Part shown: positions 42,916-51,647 of the stretch, one piece after another
Position numbering within the stretch: the first letter of the stretch is position 1
Layout of the letters: every line of letters begins with the position of its first letter
From: Clostridia bacterium
GTDB taxonomy: Bacteria; Bacillota; Clostridia; Oscillospirales; CAG-382
Direction: 5' to 3'
NCBI GenBank assembly: GCA_017521025.1
Contig: JAFXEB010000009.1
Span: 382-64,381 of the forward strand
Length of the DNA: 64,000 bases
Made by a program: the position numbers and the translations under genes
The notes under the pieces: model-generated
The model's database searches: none
Told to the model about the DNA's origin: nothing
Seen by the model: the letters and a program-made list of their open reading frames with translations, nothing else

Positions 42916-44472
42916 ATGAAAAAGATTTTAGCGTTGATCCTTAGCTTGGTGCTGTGCCTCGGTACGGCGTCCTTCGGTGCGGTAGTCTCCGCCGAGGGGG
43001 AGACCAATTTGCTTCTCGGTACAGACTACGTTTATTCCGGTAACGATGCGTTTTTCAAGGACTTTATGGGAAACGACAATAACGATAACAGCGGCGTTCT
43101 GCTTACCGACGGCATTACCCGTGACAACGGCTCGTCCTTCAATGACATCTACGGTGTTCCCGGCACCACCGTTGAGATAGAGCACGGCGAAGACACTATA
43201 GTTACCTTCACCCTTGCAAACCCCTCTGTAATAAACTACGCCGTTCTCGGCTGTGTGCGCAGAAGCGGTAACAGATACATAAATATAGTGTCTATCCAGA
43301 CCTCTGCCAACGGCATCGATTACAACACGGTAAGCTTCACCGAGACCGCTTACGCCATAAGCGGTGCACCTCTTTATGATGGCGCCGACCAGTACTTCGA
43401 CGTTAAGGCTACCTTTACAAAGCCTGCAGAGGGCGTTAAGTATTTGCGTTTCGCTTTCAACACCTATGATAAGACGGGCACCCAGCAGGCTATCCTTAAC
43501 ATAGATGAGATAGAGGCTTACGGCTATGCCAACAGCCCCTACAGCCTTGGCGCCAATGTGGAGCTGAGCTCCACCGCAGATACGGTGCGTACCGGTGACC
43601 TTATCGCAGTTGACGTAAGCATCAAGGATATAAGCACTCCCTTCGGCATCGTGTCCTGCGACCTTCCTCTTACCTACGATACCGAAAAGCTTGAGCTTGT
43701 TTCCGTGACTCCCAAGTATCCCACTGCGTGGGGTAACAAGGGCATTTTAGTGGGTGAGGGCGCTCTTACCGCATCTCCTTGCTGGCTCCGTATGGTCTGC
43801 GATGCTTCTGACCTGCTCACCAACTCCGCCTATTACGTAAAGGAAGACGGTGCAATGGGCTTCACCCTCCTTTTCAAGGGCAAGGCAGAGGGCAGTGCAC
43901 TTATCGCTGTGGATAACGATATGACAGAAAGCAGATTCCTTATGATAGTAGACGGCGGCGAGCTTGCGAACTACGGCGCCGAGGGCGACAGCCTTACTCT
44001 TACCGTCAGCAATTCCGCACAGTCTGCTGTCAGCTACACCGTAAGCTATGATGCAAACGGTGGCGTTAACGCTCCTGCCGCTCAGACCAAGCTTCAGGGC
44101 GCTCCTTTGGCATTAAGCAACAGCATTCCCGTGCGTGACGGCTATACCTTCCTTGGCTGGGCAAGCAGTAAGGATTCCGCAAAGTCAGAATACAGCGCAG
44201 GCGCAATCTACAGTGCAGATGCCGACATAACCCTTTACGCCGTATGGGCAGAGGGCAGCTCTATTGTCTTCGGCGATGTCAACAGTGACGGTAAGGTCAA
44301 CAGCCTCGATGCGGCTATGATCCTCCGCTATGATGCAGCGCTTGCTGATTTTACGGATAAGCAAAAAGTATGCGGTGACGTAAGCGGTGACGGTCGCACC
44401 AACAGTCTTGATGCGGCGTTTGTACTCCGCTACGATGCAGACCTGATCGGCAGCTTTCCCGTTTCCAAATAG
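42916..44472 (+). CDS. Secreted modular protein with a discoidin/CBM-like N-terminal domain, a cohesin-like domain, a Listeria-Bacteroides repeat and a type I dockerin
   Basis: - Signal peptide MKKILALILSLVLCLGTASFGAVVSA.
- Cohesin-like segment GDLIAVDVSIKDISTPFGIVSCDLPLTYDTEKLELV.
- Flg_new-type repeat YTVSYDANGG...RDGYTFLGWA...ITLYAVW.
- Dockerin duplicated loops GDVNSDGKVNSLDAAMILRY and GDVSGDGRTNSLDAAFVLRY. Confidence 0.8.
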   Translation: MKKILALILSLVLCLGTASFGAVVSAEGETNLLLGTDYVYSGNDAFFKDFMGNDNNDNSGVLLTDGITRDNGSSFNDIYGVPGTTVEIEHGEDTIVTFTLANPSVINYAVLGCVRRSGNRYINIVSIQTSANGIDYNTVSFTETAYAISGAPLYDGADQYFDVKATFTKPAEGVKYLRFAFNTYDKTGTQQAILNIDEIEAYGYANSPYSLGANVELSSTADTVRTGDLIAVDVSIKDISTPFGIVSCDLPLTYDTEKLELVSVTPKYPTAWGNKGILVGEGALTASPCWLRMVCDASDLLTNSAYYVKEDGAMGFTLLFKGKAEGSALIAVDNDMTESRFLMIVDGGELANYGAEGDSLTLTVSNSAQSAVSYTVSYDANGGVNAPAAQTKLQGAPLALSNSIPVRDGYTFLGWASSKDSAKSEYSAGAIYSADADITLYAVWAEGSSIVFGDVNSDGKVNSLDAAMILRYDAALADFTDKQKVCGDVSGDGRTNSLDAAFVLRYDADLIGSFPVSK

Positions 44473-44535
44473 TCGGTCAACTCAATAACAGCGTATTCCA
44501 ATCGCAGGCGCATATATCACGGATCTGAATATTCA

Positions 44536-44575
44536 GGGCTTAGGCTCGGACCCTTTTGGGTCCGCACCTAAGCCC
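44536..44575. terminator. Bidirectional hairpin between convergent genes
   Basis: gggcttaggctcggaccc-tttt-gggtccgcacctaagccc forms a long near-perfect stem. It overlaps the last codons of the minus-strand 100-aa ORF. Confidence 0.65.
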
Positions 44576-44870
44576 TTAGCTTTCCCTTGGCAACCACCCT
44601 TCCGCAACCGTCCACCACTATAAGCTCCCTGCATTCCGCAAGAGATACGGCTTTTACCTCCGCAGGCAGAGCTCCCAGCCGACACAGCGTGTCGCCGTCG
44701 GCGGTGCATAGGCGCATGCCGTCTCCTCCGCCCTTCAGATGTGCAACGGCATACAGTCCGTGCCACCGTCCGTAAAAGGCGACGGTCCCCCGTGTATTCT
44801 GTCCCCGTATGTAGGCTATGGCATCGGGCCTACGTATGTAAAGCCTGTTTCCCGAAAAAACAAGCGGCAT
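44568..44870 (-). CDS. Hypothetical protein (about 100 aa)
   Basis: The ORF has the SD caggaggg upstream. The second ATG (44870) is better spaced than the first (44876). No motif was recognised. Confidence 0.45.
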   Translation of the reverse strand: MPLVFSGNRLYIRRPDAIAYIRGQNTRGTVAFYGRWHGLYAVAHLKGGGDGMRLCTADGDTLCRLGALPAEVKAVSLAECRELIVVDGCGRVVAKGKLRA

Positions 44871-44923
44871 ATACATCCCTCCTGATAGGGAGTATATGCC
44901 GCTATGCGTTTTTCTGTCAGTCC

Positions 44924-45925
44924 TTAGTCGTCAAAAGAGCAGATGTGCTCGTGCATCGCAAAGACCTCCGAGGAAACCTCGTTCATAAAGCTTCTGGTAT
45001 TGTAGCCGATATAGTCGGTAAGCAGTACGAGAAAATACGGTCTGTCCTCATAGAACACTATCGCCGCATCGTTGGAGGCGTTGATATCCATACCGTATTT
45101 GTGCGCAACCTTGTATAGGCACTCACCGTTTGCATCCTTGGGCAAGCCGTCTCTTATAAACTTGTTTTCATTTGCCTCAAGCAGCAGGCTAACAAACCAC
45201 TGATAATGCTCGTCACCGTTTTTGTAGTGCTCGTAAATCTCCTTCCAGCACTCGGCAACGCCCTTGGCGTTAAGCCAACTGCAGCCGCTGTAAGTAAATG
45301 TGGTGCCGTATCTTGCCTTTGCCCATCTGGCAAACGCATCGTAGGAGTGCACGTTGTGCAAGAACATAGAAAAAGCGGTGTTGTCGCTGTACCAAATAAG
45401 ATACTCCAAAAGCTGTCTTATGGTTATCTCATCCCCAAACTTAAAGTCCTGAGGTATCTTGGTGGTGCCGCCACGCTTTACGCCTGCCGTGTACGTTATG
45501 GTGTCCTCGTAGCTCAGCTTGCCGTTGCGCAGATCCTCAAACACCGTCATAATATACGGCGCCTTGATAAGGCTCGCACCGCCGAACATCCTCTCGGAGT
45601 TGTAGCATACCGAAAGCCCCGTCTCAAGGTCAACGTAATAAAGTGCGCTGGCGTAGGGCTTGCTGTCAAGGGTCGCCTTTATTGTGTCGAGATAGCTCTG
45701 CTCTATCATATCGGGCAGCTTTATCCCGGTGTCAACAGTGGGGTACACCGTTGCAAGCACAGAGGGCTCGGTGTTGCTCACAGCATCCTCTGTACCTGCC
45801 TGTGAGCCAATGCCCGTGCCGCTCTCCACCAAGCTATCGCTCTGCTCTGCCTCCGTACCGCCGCAGGCGGCAAAGGGCACAAGCATAGCAATGGTTAAAA
45901 GTAGCAGTAATATCCGTCGTAACAT
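44924..45925 (-). CDS. Class A beta-lactamase-like serine hydrolase lipoprotein
   Basis: It has a lipobox (LVPFAACGG), SxxK (GGASLIKAPY), SDN (IWYSDNTA) and a K-x-G position (AHKYGMD). Confidence 0.7.
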   Translation of the reverse strand: MLRRILLLLLTIAMLVPFAACGGTEAEQSDSLVESGTGIGSQAGTEDAVSNTEPSVLATVYPTVDTGIKLPDMIEQSYLDTIKATLDSKPYASALYYVDLETGLSVCYNSERMFGGASLIKAPYIMTVFEDLRNGKLSYEDTITYTAGVKRGGTTKIPQDFKFGDEITIRQLLEYLIWYSDNTAFSMFLHNVHSYDAFARWAKARYGTTFTYSGCSWLNAKGVAECWKEIYEHYKNGDEHYQWFVSLLLEANENKFIRDGLPKDANGECLYKVAHKYGMDINASNDAAIVFYEDRPYFLVLLTDYIGYNTRSFMNEVSSEVFAMHEHICSFDD

Positions 45926-45936
45926 AAAAAGTCCTC

Positions 45937-47151
45937 CTATACCTTAAGGAAAAGCTCCATCAGCTTATAGCCGTCCTCCAAATAAACGCCGCCCTCGTAT
46001 CCGCTTTTTTCGTCATATATCTCAACACTGCCCTTGCGCTTCTGATAGCTTTTGTATATAACAAAGGGAACAGCGTCCAGCGTATGCGTCCTTGCGGAAA
46101 CGGGAGTAGGATGGTCGGGCGTAAGCAGTATCTTGTAGTGCTCGCCGGCCTTGTCCAGCTCATTCATCATATACCCAAGTATCTCGCTGTCGATAAGCTC
46201 AATAGACCTTGCTTTGTTTACCGCCTCGCCTCTGTGGCCGCATTCGTCGGGCGCCTCAACGTGGATGTATACAAGGTCCTTGCCACCAAACAGCTCCTTA
46301 AGAGCAACGTCGGCCTTGCCCTTGAAGTTGGTGTCGATATTGCCCGTAGCACCCTCAACCTCGGGCGCATCCATCCCTGCGCAAAGTCCTATACCCTTGA
46401 TAAGGTCAACAGCACAAACCACCGAAGCGTCAAGCCCCGTCATATCCTTGAAGGAGGGGAGAGAAGGCTTCTTGCCGGGACTCCACAGCCAAAGGGAGTT
46501 TGCCTTCTTAAGCCCTGCGGCGGCACGCTTAAGGTTAAGGGGGTGGTTGTTAAGGAACTCAAAGCTTTCCTTCATCAGCTTAAGAAAAGGACGGCTCGTA
46601 TCCTTGGTGGGGAGGTAGGTCTTTATAGTCTCGCCGAGTATATCGTGGGGACGTGTAAAATCGTAAAAGGGAGGGCAGTCCTTCCATATAAGACAATGGC
46701 GATAGCTGATGCCTGCGTAAAGCTTGAATACGTTGTTGGCAAAATGCTTATTAAGGTCCTCGATAAGGATGCGTGCCTCGTCAGTAGGTATCTCGTCCGA
46801 GGAATGGTCGAGCATTATCTTTTCTTCATAAGGCTCGCCAAGGTCAGACAGCGCCACAAGATTTGCTCTGATAGCCGTCTCATCCTCTGCCATCTTTATG
46901 CCCATGCTGACCGCCTCAAGAGGGGAACGTCCCTTGGAGTAGATCTCGGGGTTGTAGCCCATCAGCGCAAGGTTGGCGGTATCGCTCTCAGGCGTCATAC
47001 TGCGGGGGACCGTAAACGCCCTGCCGTTTATGCCCATAGAGGCAATGTAATTCATATAAGGCTTGTTTGCGGCGGTCATAGGGGTCTTGCCGCCAAGCTC
47101 TGCTATAGGGAGGTCGGGCATGCCGTCGCCCACAAGAATGATATATTTCAT
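45937..47151 (-). CDS. apgM: Cofactor-independent phosphoglycerate mutase, archaeal/ApgM type (this family also contains proposed homoserine kinases)
   Basis: The N-terminal MKYIILVGDGMPD plus HVEAPDECGHRG and LLTPDHPTP are typical metalloenzyme-superfamily ApgM motifs. Confidence 0.8.
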   Translation of the reverse strand: MKYIILVGDGMPDLPIAELGGKTPMTAANKPYMNYIASMGINGRAFTVPRSMTPESDTANLALMGYNPEIYSKGRSPLEAVSMGIKMAEDETAIRANLVALSDLGEPYEEKIMLDHSSDEIPTDEARILIEDLNKHFANNVFKLYAGISYRHCLIWKDCPPFYDFTRPHDILGETIKTYLPTKDTSRPFLKLMKESFEFLNNHPLNLKRAAAGLKKANSLWLWSPGKKPSLPSFKDMTGLDASVVCAVDLIKGIGLCAGMDAPEVEGATGNIDTNFKGKADVALKELFGGKDLVYIHVEAPDECGHRGEAVNKARSIELIDSEILGYMMNELDKAGEHYKILLTPDHPTPVSARTHTLDAVPFVIYKSYQKRKGSVEIYDEKSGYEGGVYLEDGYKLMELFLKV

Positions 47152-47271
47152 AAAAAGCGTTTACATATCGCACAAAGCCTTGCGATATGTCCTTTCATTA
47201 TATTCTGACAAGTCATTATATCACTTAATTACCTGCTTTTCAATAAAAATATAAATTTTTATATAAAAAGT

Positions 47272-47300
47272 TTGACTTTACCCTCAGCGTGTTATATAAT
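47272..47300 (+). promoter_or_regulatory. Promoter of the HprK-like/PqqD operon
   Basis: TTGACT (47272-47277), a 17-nt spacer, then TATAAT (47295-47300), preceded by an AT-rich UP-like tract. Confidence 0.7.
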
Positions 47301-47352
47301 GATTATGTATTAAAAGGTGTACTTTACCTTTTTTGAGGGAGGAGGCGTTCTG

Positions 47353-48048
47353 TTGGCTGTTTACAGAGTATGCGGCTTGGGTTTGGAGATGTTTCCACAG
47401 TATTCCGAGCTGGGGGACAGAGCAAAGCCTTTTCTCGACGATGGTGCTCCCGTCAGTATACGTCTCTTTTGGGATGAGGAGGAGATAAAGGCGCTGTGCG
47501 CCGCTACGGGCCTCAGTGAGCCTCTTGCCGAATATCAGCTAAGCTGTATCCGCTTTTGCCAGGCGATACTTGCCTACGGTGGCTTTGTGCTCCATGCCTC
47601 TGCCGTGAAATACGGCGGTCAGGTCTATCTGTTTTCTGCTCCCAGCGGGGTCGGTAAGTCTACCCACGCTTCTCTGTGGGTGGGCTGTCTTGAGGGTGCA
47701 CGGGTCATAAACGACGATAAGCCCGCCATACGTCTGATAGACGGCGTGCCCTATGCCTACGGTACTCCCTGGTGCGGTAGCGGCAGGCTCACCGCCAATG
47801 ACGGCGGCAGGGTAAGGGCGCTGTACTTTCTGCGCAGGAGCGAGCAAAACCTTGCCTACGCAATGGAGAAGAGCTGTGTGCCGTATTTGCTTTTTGAGTC
47901 AACGCTCCGCCCCGTCGATAAAGAGGGGATGGATAGCCTTTTTTCCTGCCTTGACGGCTTTGTAAGGTCTGTGGGCGTGTTTGGGCTTGACTGCAATACC
48001 GAGGACGGTGCGGTGTACGCCGCTCTGTCTGTTTTGGAAGAGGAATAG
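47353..48048 (+). CDS. HPr kinase/phosphorylase C-terminal-domain-like kinase (the HprK-related type seen in RiPP clusters)
   Basis: The P-loop context HASAVKYGGQVYLFSAPSGVGKSTHASLW is followed by NDDKPAI and GTPWCGSG. I placed the start at a TTG at 47353, 7 nt after the SD ggaggagg. The track starts at a GTG 12 codons upstream. Confidence 0.75.
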   Translation: MAVYRVCGLGLEMFPQYSELGDRAKPFLDDGAPVSIRLFWDEEEIKALCAATGLSEPLAEYQLSCIRFCQAILAYGGFVLHASAVKYGGQVYLFSAPSGVGKSTHASLWVGCLEGARVINDDKPAIRLIDGVPYAYGTPWCGSGRLTANDGGRVRALYFLRRSEQNLAYAMEKSCVPYLLFESTLRPVDKEGMDSLFSCLDGFVRSVGVFGLDCNTEDGAVYAALSVLEEE

Positions 48049-48051
48049 ATT

Positions 48052-48318
48052 ATGAAAATAAAAGAAGGCTTTGTGCTCAGGCAGATCGATGACAACTACA
48101 TAATCGTACCTACGGGCAGTGCAAGGCTTTCCTTTAACGGGATGATAAGCTTCAACGCCACGGGCGCTCTTATATGGCGCTCTATGGAGTCGGGCATGAG
48201 CAAGGCAGATACCGCAAGGGCTATAGTCTCTGCCTATGATGTCAGCGAGGAGAGGGCGCTTTCCGATATAGACGCCTTTTGCAAAAGGCTTAAGGAGGCG
48301 GGTCTTGTTGAGCAATGA
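48052..48318 (+). CDS. PqqD family protein (RiPP recognition element-type, 88 aa)
   Basis: The pattern ...FVLRQIDDNYIIVP......FNGMISFNATGALIWRSME.G.SKADTARAIVSAYDVSEERALSDIDAFCKRLKEAGLV matches the PqqD length and pattern. Confidence 0.8.
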   Translation: MKIKEGFVLRQIDDNYIIVPTGSARLSFNGMISFNATGALIWRSMESGMSKADTARAIVSAYDVSEERALSDIDAFCKRLKEAGLVEQ

Positions 48319-48721
48319 GCAGCTTGTCGCTTTAATAAGCGAGCGCTTGTGTACAGGCGGCACGGCAAGCCTTACCGTAACGGGCAACAGCATGGCACCG
48401 ATATTTAAGTCGGGCGTTACCGTGGTAAGCCTTAAAAAATGTGATAATATACGCAAATACGACATAGTGCTGTATCAAAGGCAAAACGGCACCGTTGTGC
48501 TTCACAGGGTCATAAGGGTAGCAGGCGACACCCTTGTGCTCAGAGGAGACAACGATATACAAACAGAAAAGGGTGTACCTTGCGCCGCTGTCATCGGCTT
48601 GGCATACGAGGCGTGTACAGAGGGCAAAAGGGTGCATCTGCAAGGCATCCGTAACAGGATGCAGGGACGGTATGCGGCGCTTAAGCGCAGCGTAAAAAGG
48701 CTCTTTTATAAAAAGCGATAG
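48305..48721 (+). CDS. Soluble S24/S26-family peptidase-like protein with a His in place of the general-base Lys (ER/SipW-like dyad)
   Basis: It has the nucleophile motif GNSMAP (Ser codon at 48389-48391), then DIVLY...VLHRVIRVAGDTLVLRGDN. There is no N-terminal transmembrane anchor. The start is non-ATG (TTG at 48305 or 48308) and overlaps the end of the PqqD gene. Confidence 0.65.
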   Translation: MLSNEQLVALISERLCTGGTASLTVTGNSMAPIFKSGVTVVSLKKCDNIRKYDIVLYQRQNGTVVLHRVIRVAGDTLVLRGDNDIQTEKGVPCAAVIGLAYEACTEGKRVHLQGIRNRMQGRYAALKRSVKRLFYKKR

Positions 48722-48730
48722 AGGGACAAA

Positions 48731-50896
48731 ATGACTTTAACCGAGAAATATATGATAAATGCATACGCCGCCTCATTGGCAGGCAAGCCATGCACGGTGC
48801 CCCATGCGGGCGTTGAGCCTATGGAGCTGTATGAGCTTGCTATGGGGCAGGGCATAGCACCCGCTCTGCACTTCGCACTTAAGGACAGTGACTGGCTGCC
48901 TGAGGACGTTGCAAGGCGCTTTGACGAGGCACACGCCAAGTCGGTAATGCGTGACCTCAAGCGTGAGGAAGAGGAGAAAAGGGTGTTTGCCGCCTTCGAT
49001 AAGGCAGACATAAGCTATCTCCCCCTTAAGGGCAGCGTTATACGCAGCTTCTACCCATCGCCCGAGATGCGTACTATGGGTGATACCGACATAATGATAG
49101 AGCGCTACGCCCGCAAGGACGTAGGCAAGGCCATGAAGGAATGCGGCTACAGGATTTGCGATTCCCATAGCGGTCACGATATCTACATGCACGAAAACGG
49201 CTGTGTGTTCGAGCTTCATTGGAGGCCCGAGGACGGCGGTGATTTTCACAGCAAGCTTATGGAGCGTGCTTTGCCTGTGGGTGAAAAGGGCAACTGCTTA
49301 TCTCTCAGCGTAAGCGACTTTTATTTGTATATGATATCTCATCTGGCACGCCATGTTCGCACCACGGGTGCAGGCGTGCGCCTGTTTGCAGATATTAAGG
49401 TGTTTTATTCAAAGCAGGGCGCAAGGATGGATGAGGCGTACATCAAAAAGACTCTTGCCGAAATGGGACTTGTACGTTTTGAGCGAGAGGTCAAAAAGCT
49501 TATCCACAGCCTGTTTTACGGTGCCCCTGCAGACGAAACCACTGCCCGCTTTGCTGAGTATGTGGTGTGTGGCGGCGTTTTCGGCAGTGCCGAAAACCTG
49601 GCGGCAAATAAGCGTGGTGACAAAAGTGCGATAGGCTATTTCTTCTCCTCTGTTTTTCCCGGCTACAGCGCAATGAAGGAGCGTTATCCCTTTTTGAAAT
49701 ACCTGCCCTTTCTGCTTCCTGTTATGTGGGTGGTGCGCTGGTTCTCCCTGCTTTTTCGTGGTAAAAAGCCTGTGTCACGCTATAAAAAGGGCGCAGGTGT
49801 AAGCAGACAAACCGTCAAAAACAACAAGCTTTTACTTGAGGAGCTTGAGATAAAACGCTTTAAGGACGGCAAGCTGCGTATGACGGCAGGCGACATTGCC
49901 CTTGCCCTTTTCGGTGTGTGCTTCCTTATCTTTGCAACCGTGTATGTGGGCAGGAGCTTTTTTGTGGCAGACAGCGGCAGAGCACCTCTTTTTATCACAG
50001 AAAGTGTCCAACTGCCCGAGGATTCAGAGGAGGAAAACTCCGAGGATAACCGCATACCCGAGCGTAGCTACGGCACCGTCCCCTACAAGGACGGTCTGTA
50101 TACGGGCTATATGTACAGAGGTCTGCCTGACGGAACCGGCACCCTTATGTTCAATTCGGGTGAGAGCTACAGTGGTAGCTTTGCCGAGGGTGAGTTCAAC
50201 GGTAACGGACTATATAAATACAATGACGGCTCCCGTTATGACGGTATGTGGTACGAGGGCGAGATAAACGGTGACGGTACTTGGTATTTTGCGGACGGCA
50301 GCTTTATATCGGGCAACTTTTTCGAGGGTGAGCCTGAGGGCGTTTGCGTTTATGAGTGTGCAAACGGCGATATCTATGAGGGCACTCTTAAGGACGGCAA
50401 ATGGCACGGTCAGGGCAAGTTCGTCTGGGTCAACGGCGATACCTATGAGGGCAGCTTTGTGGACGGCATCCGTCAGGGTGAGGGCAAGTATCAGTACTGT
50501 GGCGGTGACGTTTACGAGGGCGGCTGGATAAACAACAGTCCCAACGGCTACGGCACCTTCAAGATGTCGGGCGCTTCCTTCACGGGCATTTTCGTAGAGG
50601 GGATACTCGAGGGTGAGGGCACCGCTGTCCTTGCCAACGGCGACAAATATACGGGTTATTTCATACACGGCGCCTTCAACGACGATAAGGCTACATACAC
50701 CTTCAAAAAGGGCGGCAGCTATGTGGGCGGCTTTGAAAACGGCGTATTCCACGGAGAGGGCACCCTTACATACAAGGATGGCGACAAGGTTACGGGCACC
50801 TTTGAAAACGGCAAACTTCAGGGCAAGGCACGCTATTACTACAGTGGGAGCGGGGTATGGCGCACCGTCACCTACAAGGATGGCGAGCCTAAGTAA
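48731..50896 (+). CDS. Nucleotidyltransferase (NTP_transf_5-like) fused through a transmembrane segment to about 11-12 MORN repeats (721 aa)
   Basis: The N-terminal segment LPLKGSVIRSFYPSPEMRTMGDTDIMI...HDIYMH...FELHW is typical of the 'uncharacterised nucleotidyltransferase' family. A hydrophobic helix IALALFGVCFLIFATVYVG follows. After it comes a 23-aa periodic Y.G....G...G.G repeat array (from about 50080 to 50890). Confidence 0.75.
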   Translation: MTLTEKYMINAYAASLAGKPCTVPHAGVEPMELYELAMGQGIAPALHFALKDSDWLPEDVARRFDEAHAKSVMRDLKREEEEKRVFAAFDKADISYLPLKGSVIRSFYPSPEMRTMGDTDIMIERYARKDVGKAMKECGYRICDSHSGHDIYMHENGCVFELHWRPEDGGDFHSKLMERALPVGEKGNCLSLSVSDFYLYMISHLARHVRTTGAGVRLFADIKVFYSKQGARMDEAYIKKTLAEMGLVRFEREVKKLIHSLFYGAPADETTARFAEYVVCGGVFGSAENLAANKRGDKSAIGYFFSSVFPGYSAMKERYPFLKYLPFLLPVMWVVRWFSLLFRGKKPVSRYKKGAGVSRQTVKNNKLLLEELEIKRFKDGKLRMTAGDIALALFGVCFLIFATVYVGRSFFVADSGRAPLFITESVQLPEDSEEENSEDNRIPERSYGTVPYKDGLYTGYMYRGLPDGTGTLMFNSGESYSGSFAEGEFNGNGLYKYNDGSRYDGMWYEGEINGDGTWYFADGSFISGNFFEGEPEGVCVYECANGDIYEGTLKDGKWHGQGKFVWVNGDTYEGSFVDGIRQGEGKYQYCGGDVYEGGWINNSPNGYGTFKMSGASFTGIFVEGILEGEGTAVLANGDKYTGYFIHGAFNDDKATYTFKKGGSYVGGFENGVFHGEGTLTYKDGDKVTGTFENGKLQGKARYYYSGSGVWRTVTYKDGEPK

Positions 50897-50909
50897 GCGG
50901 TGACCGACT

Positions 50910-51581
50910 ATGAAAAAGCTTAAAGAATTTATACGCAGATATCCTTACGCTCTGCTTTTCGCATACTGGCCCTTTTACGGGATATGGTATTCGGTGCTGC
51001 AGGCGATAACTATGGAGCGTGACCCTTATCCTCTGGTCTGCGGACTTGATATGGAGATTCCCTTTTGCGAGTGGCTTATCATCCCCTATGTGCTGTGGTA
51101 TCTGCAGCTTCTGGGCGTAGGTATTTACAGCTTTCTGTATAACCCCAAGGGCTTTATCAGGCTGTGCCTGCTGGTGACGGGCGGTACCACCTTCTGCCTT
51201 ATCGTATGCACCTTGTTTCCTATGTATTTTGACCGCACGGGCATGGTGCTTTACTATAACGATAACCTGCTTACGGATTTCGTAAGGTTTTTGCAGGGCT
51301 TTGACCCCCCCACCACGGTAATGCCAAGTATGCACGTTTATGTTACACTTGCCCTCCATATAGGACTCTGCAAGGATGAATATGCAAGAAAAAACAAGCT
51401 TTTGCTTGCCTGCTCCTTGGTCTACAGCCTTACCGTATGCCTCGCAACCGTTGTGACAAAACAGCATTCCATACTTGACGTGGGTGCATCGGTACTGCTT
51501 ATCGGCGTTATGTATTTCGTTGCCTATGTGCCCAAATATAAACGGCTGATGCGGCTTGCTACAGAGCCGGTGCTCGTGTAA
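50910..51581 (+). CDS. PAP2-superfamily membrane protein (PAP2_3, sphingomyelin/IPC-synthase-like motif set)
   Basis: It has six hydrophobic segments, and the motifs MPSMHV and TKQHSILDV correspond to the P-S-x-H and H-x3-D PAP2 blocks. Confidence 0.7.
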   Translation: MKKLKEFIRRYPYALLFAYWPFYGIWYSVLQAITMERDPYPLVCGLDMEIPFCEWLIIPYVLWYLQLLGVGIYSFLYNPKGFIRLCLLVTGGTTFCLIVCTLFPMYFDRTGMVLYYNDNLLTDFVRFLQGFDPPTTVMPSMHVYVTLALHIGLCKDEYARKNKLLLACSLVYSLTVCLATVVTKQHSILDVGASVLLIGVMYFVAYVPKYKRLMRLATEPVLV

Positions 51582-51596
51582 TGAACAAAATAATAA

Positions 51597-51630
51597 GCGA
51601 GGTGTTTGCCCATAGGGTAAACACCTCGCT
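51597..51630. terminator. Terminator between convergent genes
   Basis: agcgaggtgttt (51597-51608) pairs with aaacacctcgct (51619-51630) and is followed by TTTTTTG on the plus strand. Confidence 0.8.
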
Positions 51631-51647
51631 TTTTTGTATCGCTGTTA

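Noticed and set aside
46084-47208. 374-aa plus-strand ORF opposite the apgM-type gene
   Set aside because: It is antisense to a gene with strong family motifs from the first residue and has no motif or start context of its own.
50080-50890. Regular periodicity of about 69 bp that might be mistaken for a CRISPR array or tandem DNA repeat
   Set aside because: The periodicity comes from 23-aa MORN repeats in frame within a long ORF. The units are diverged at the nucleotide level, with no identical direct repeats or unique spacers. I saw no CRISPR array anywhere in the window.
47899-51467. Minus-strand ORFs 47899-48465, 48773-49249, 50210-50752 and 50889-51467 inside the HprK/PqqD operon
   Set aside because: All of them are antisense to plus-strand genes that are tightly coupled and motif-bearing. 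The 50210-50752 frame is just the antisense of the periodic MORN-coding repeats.
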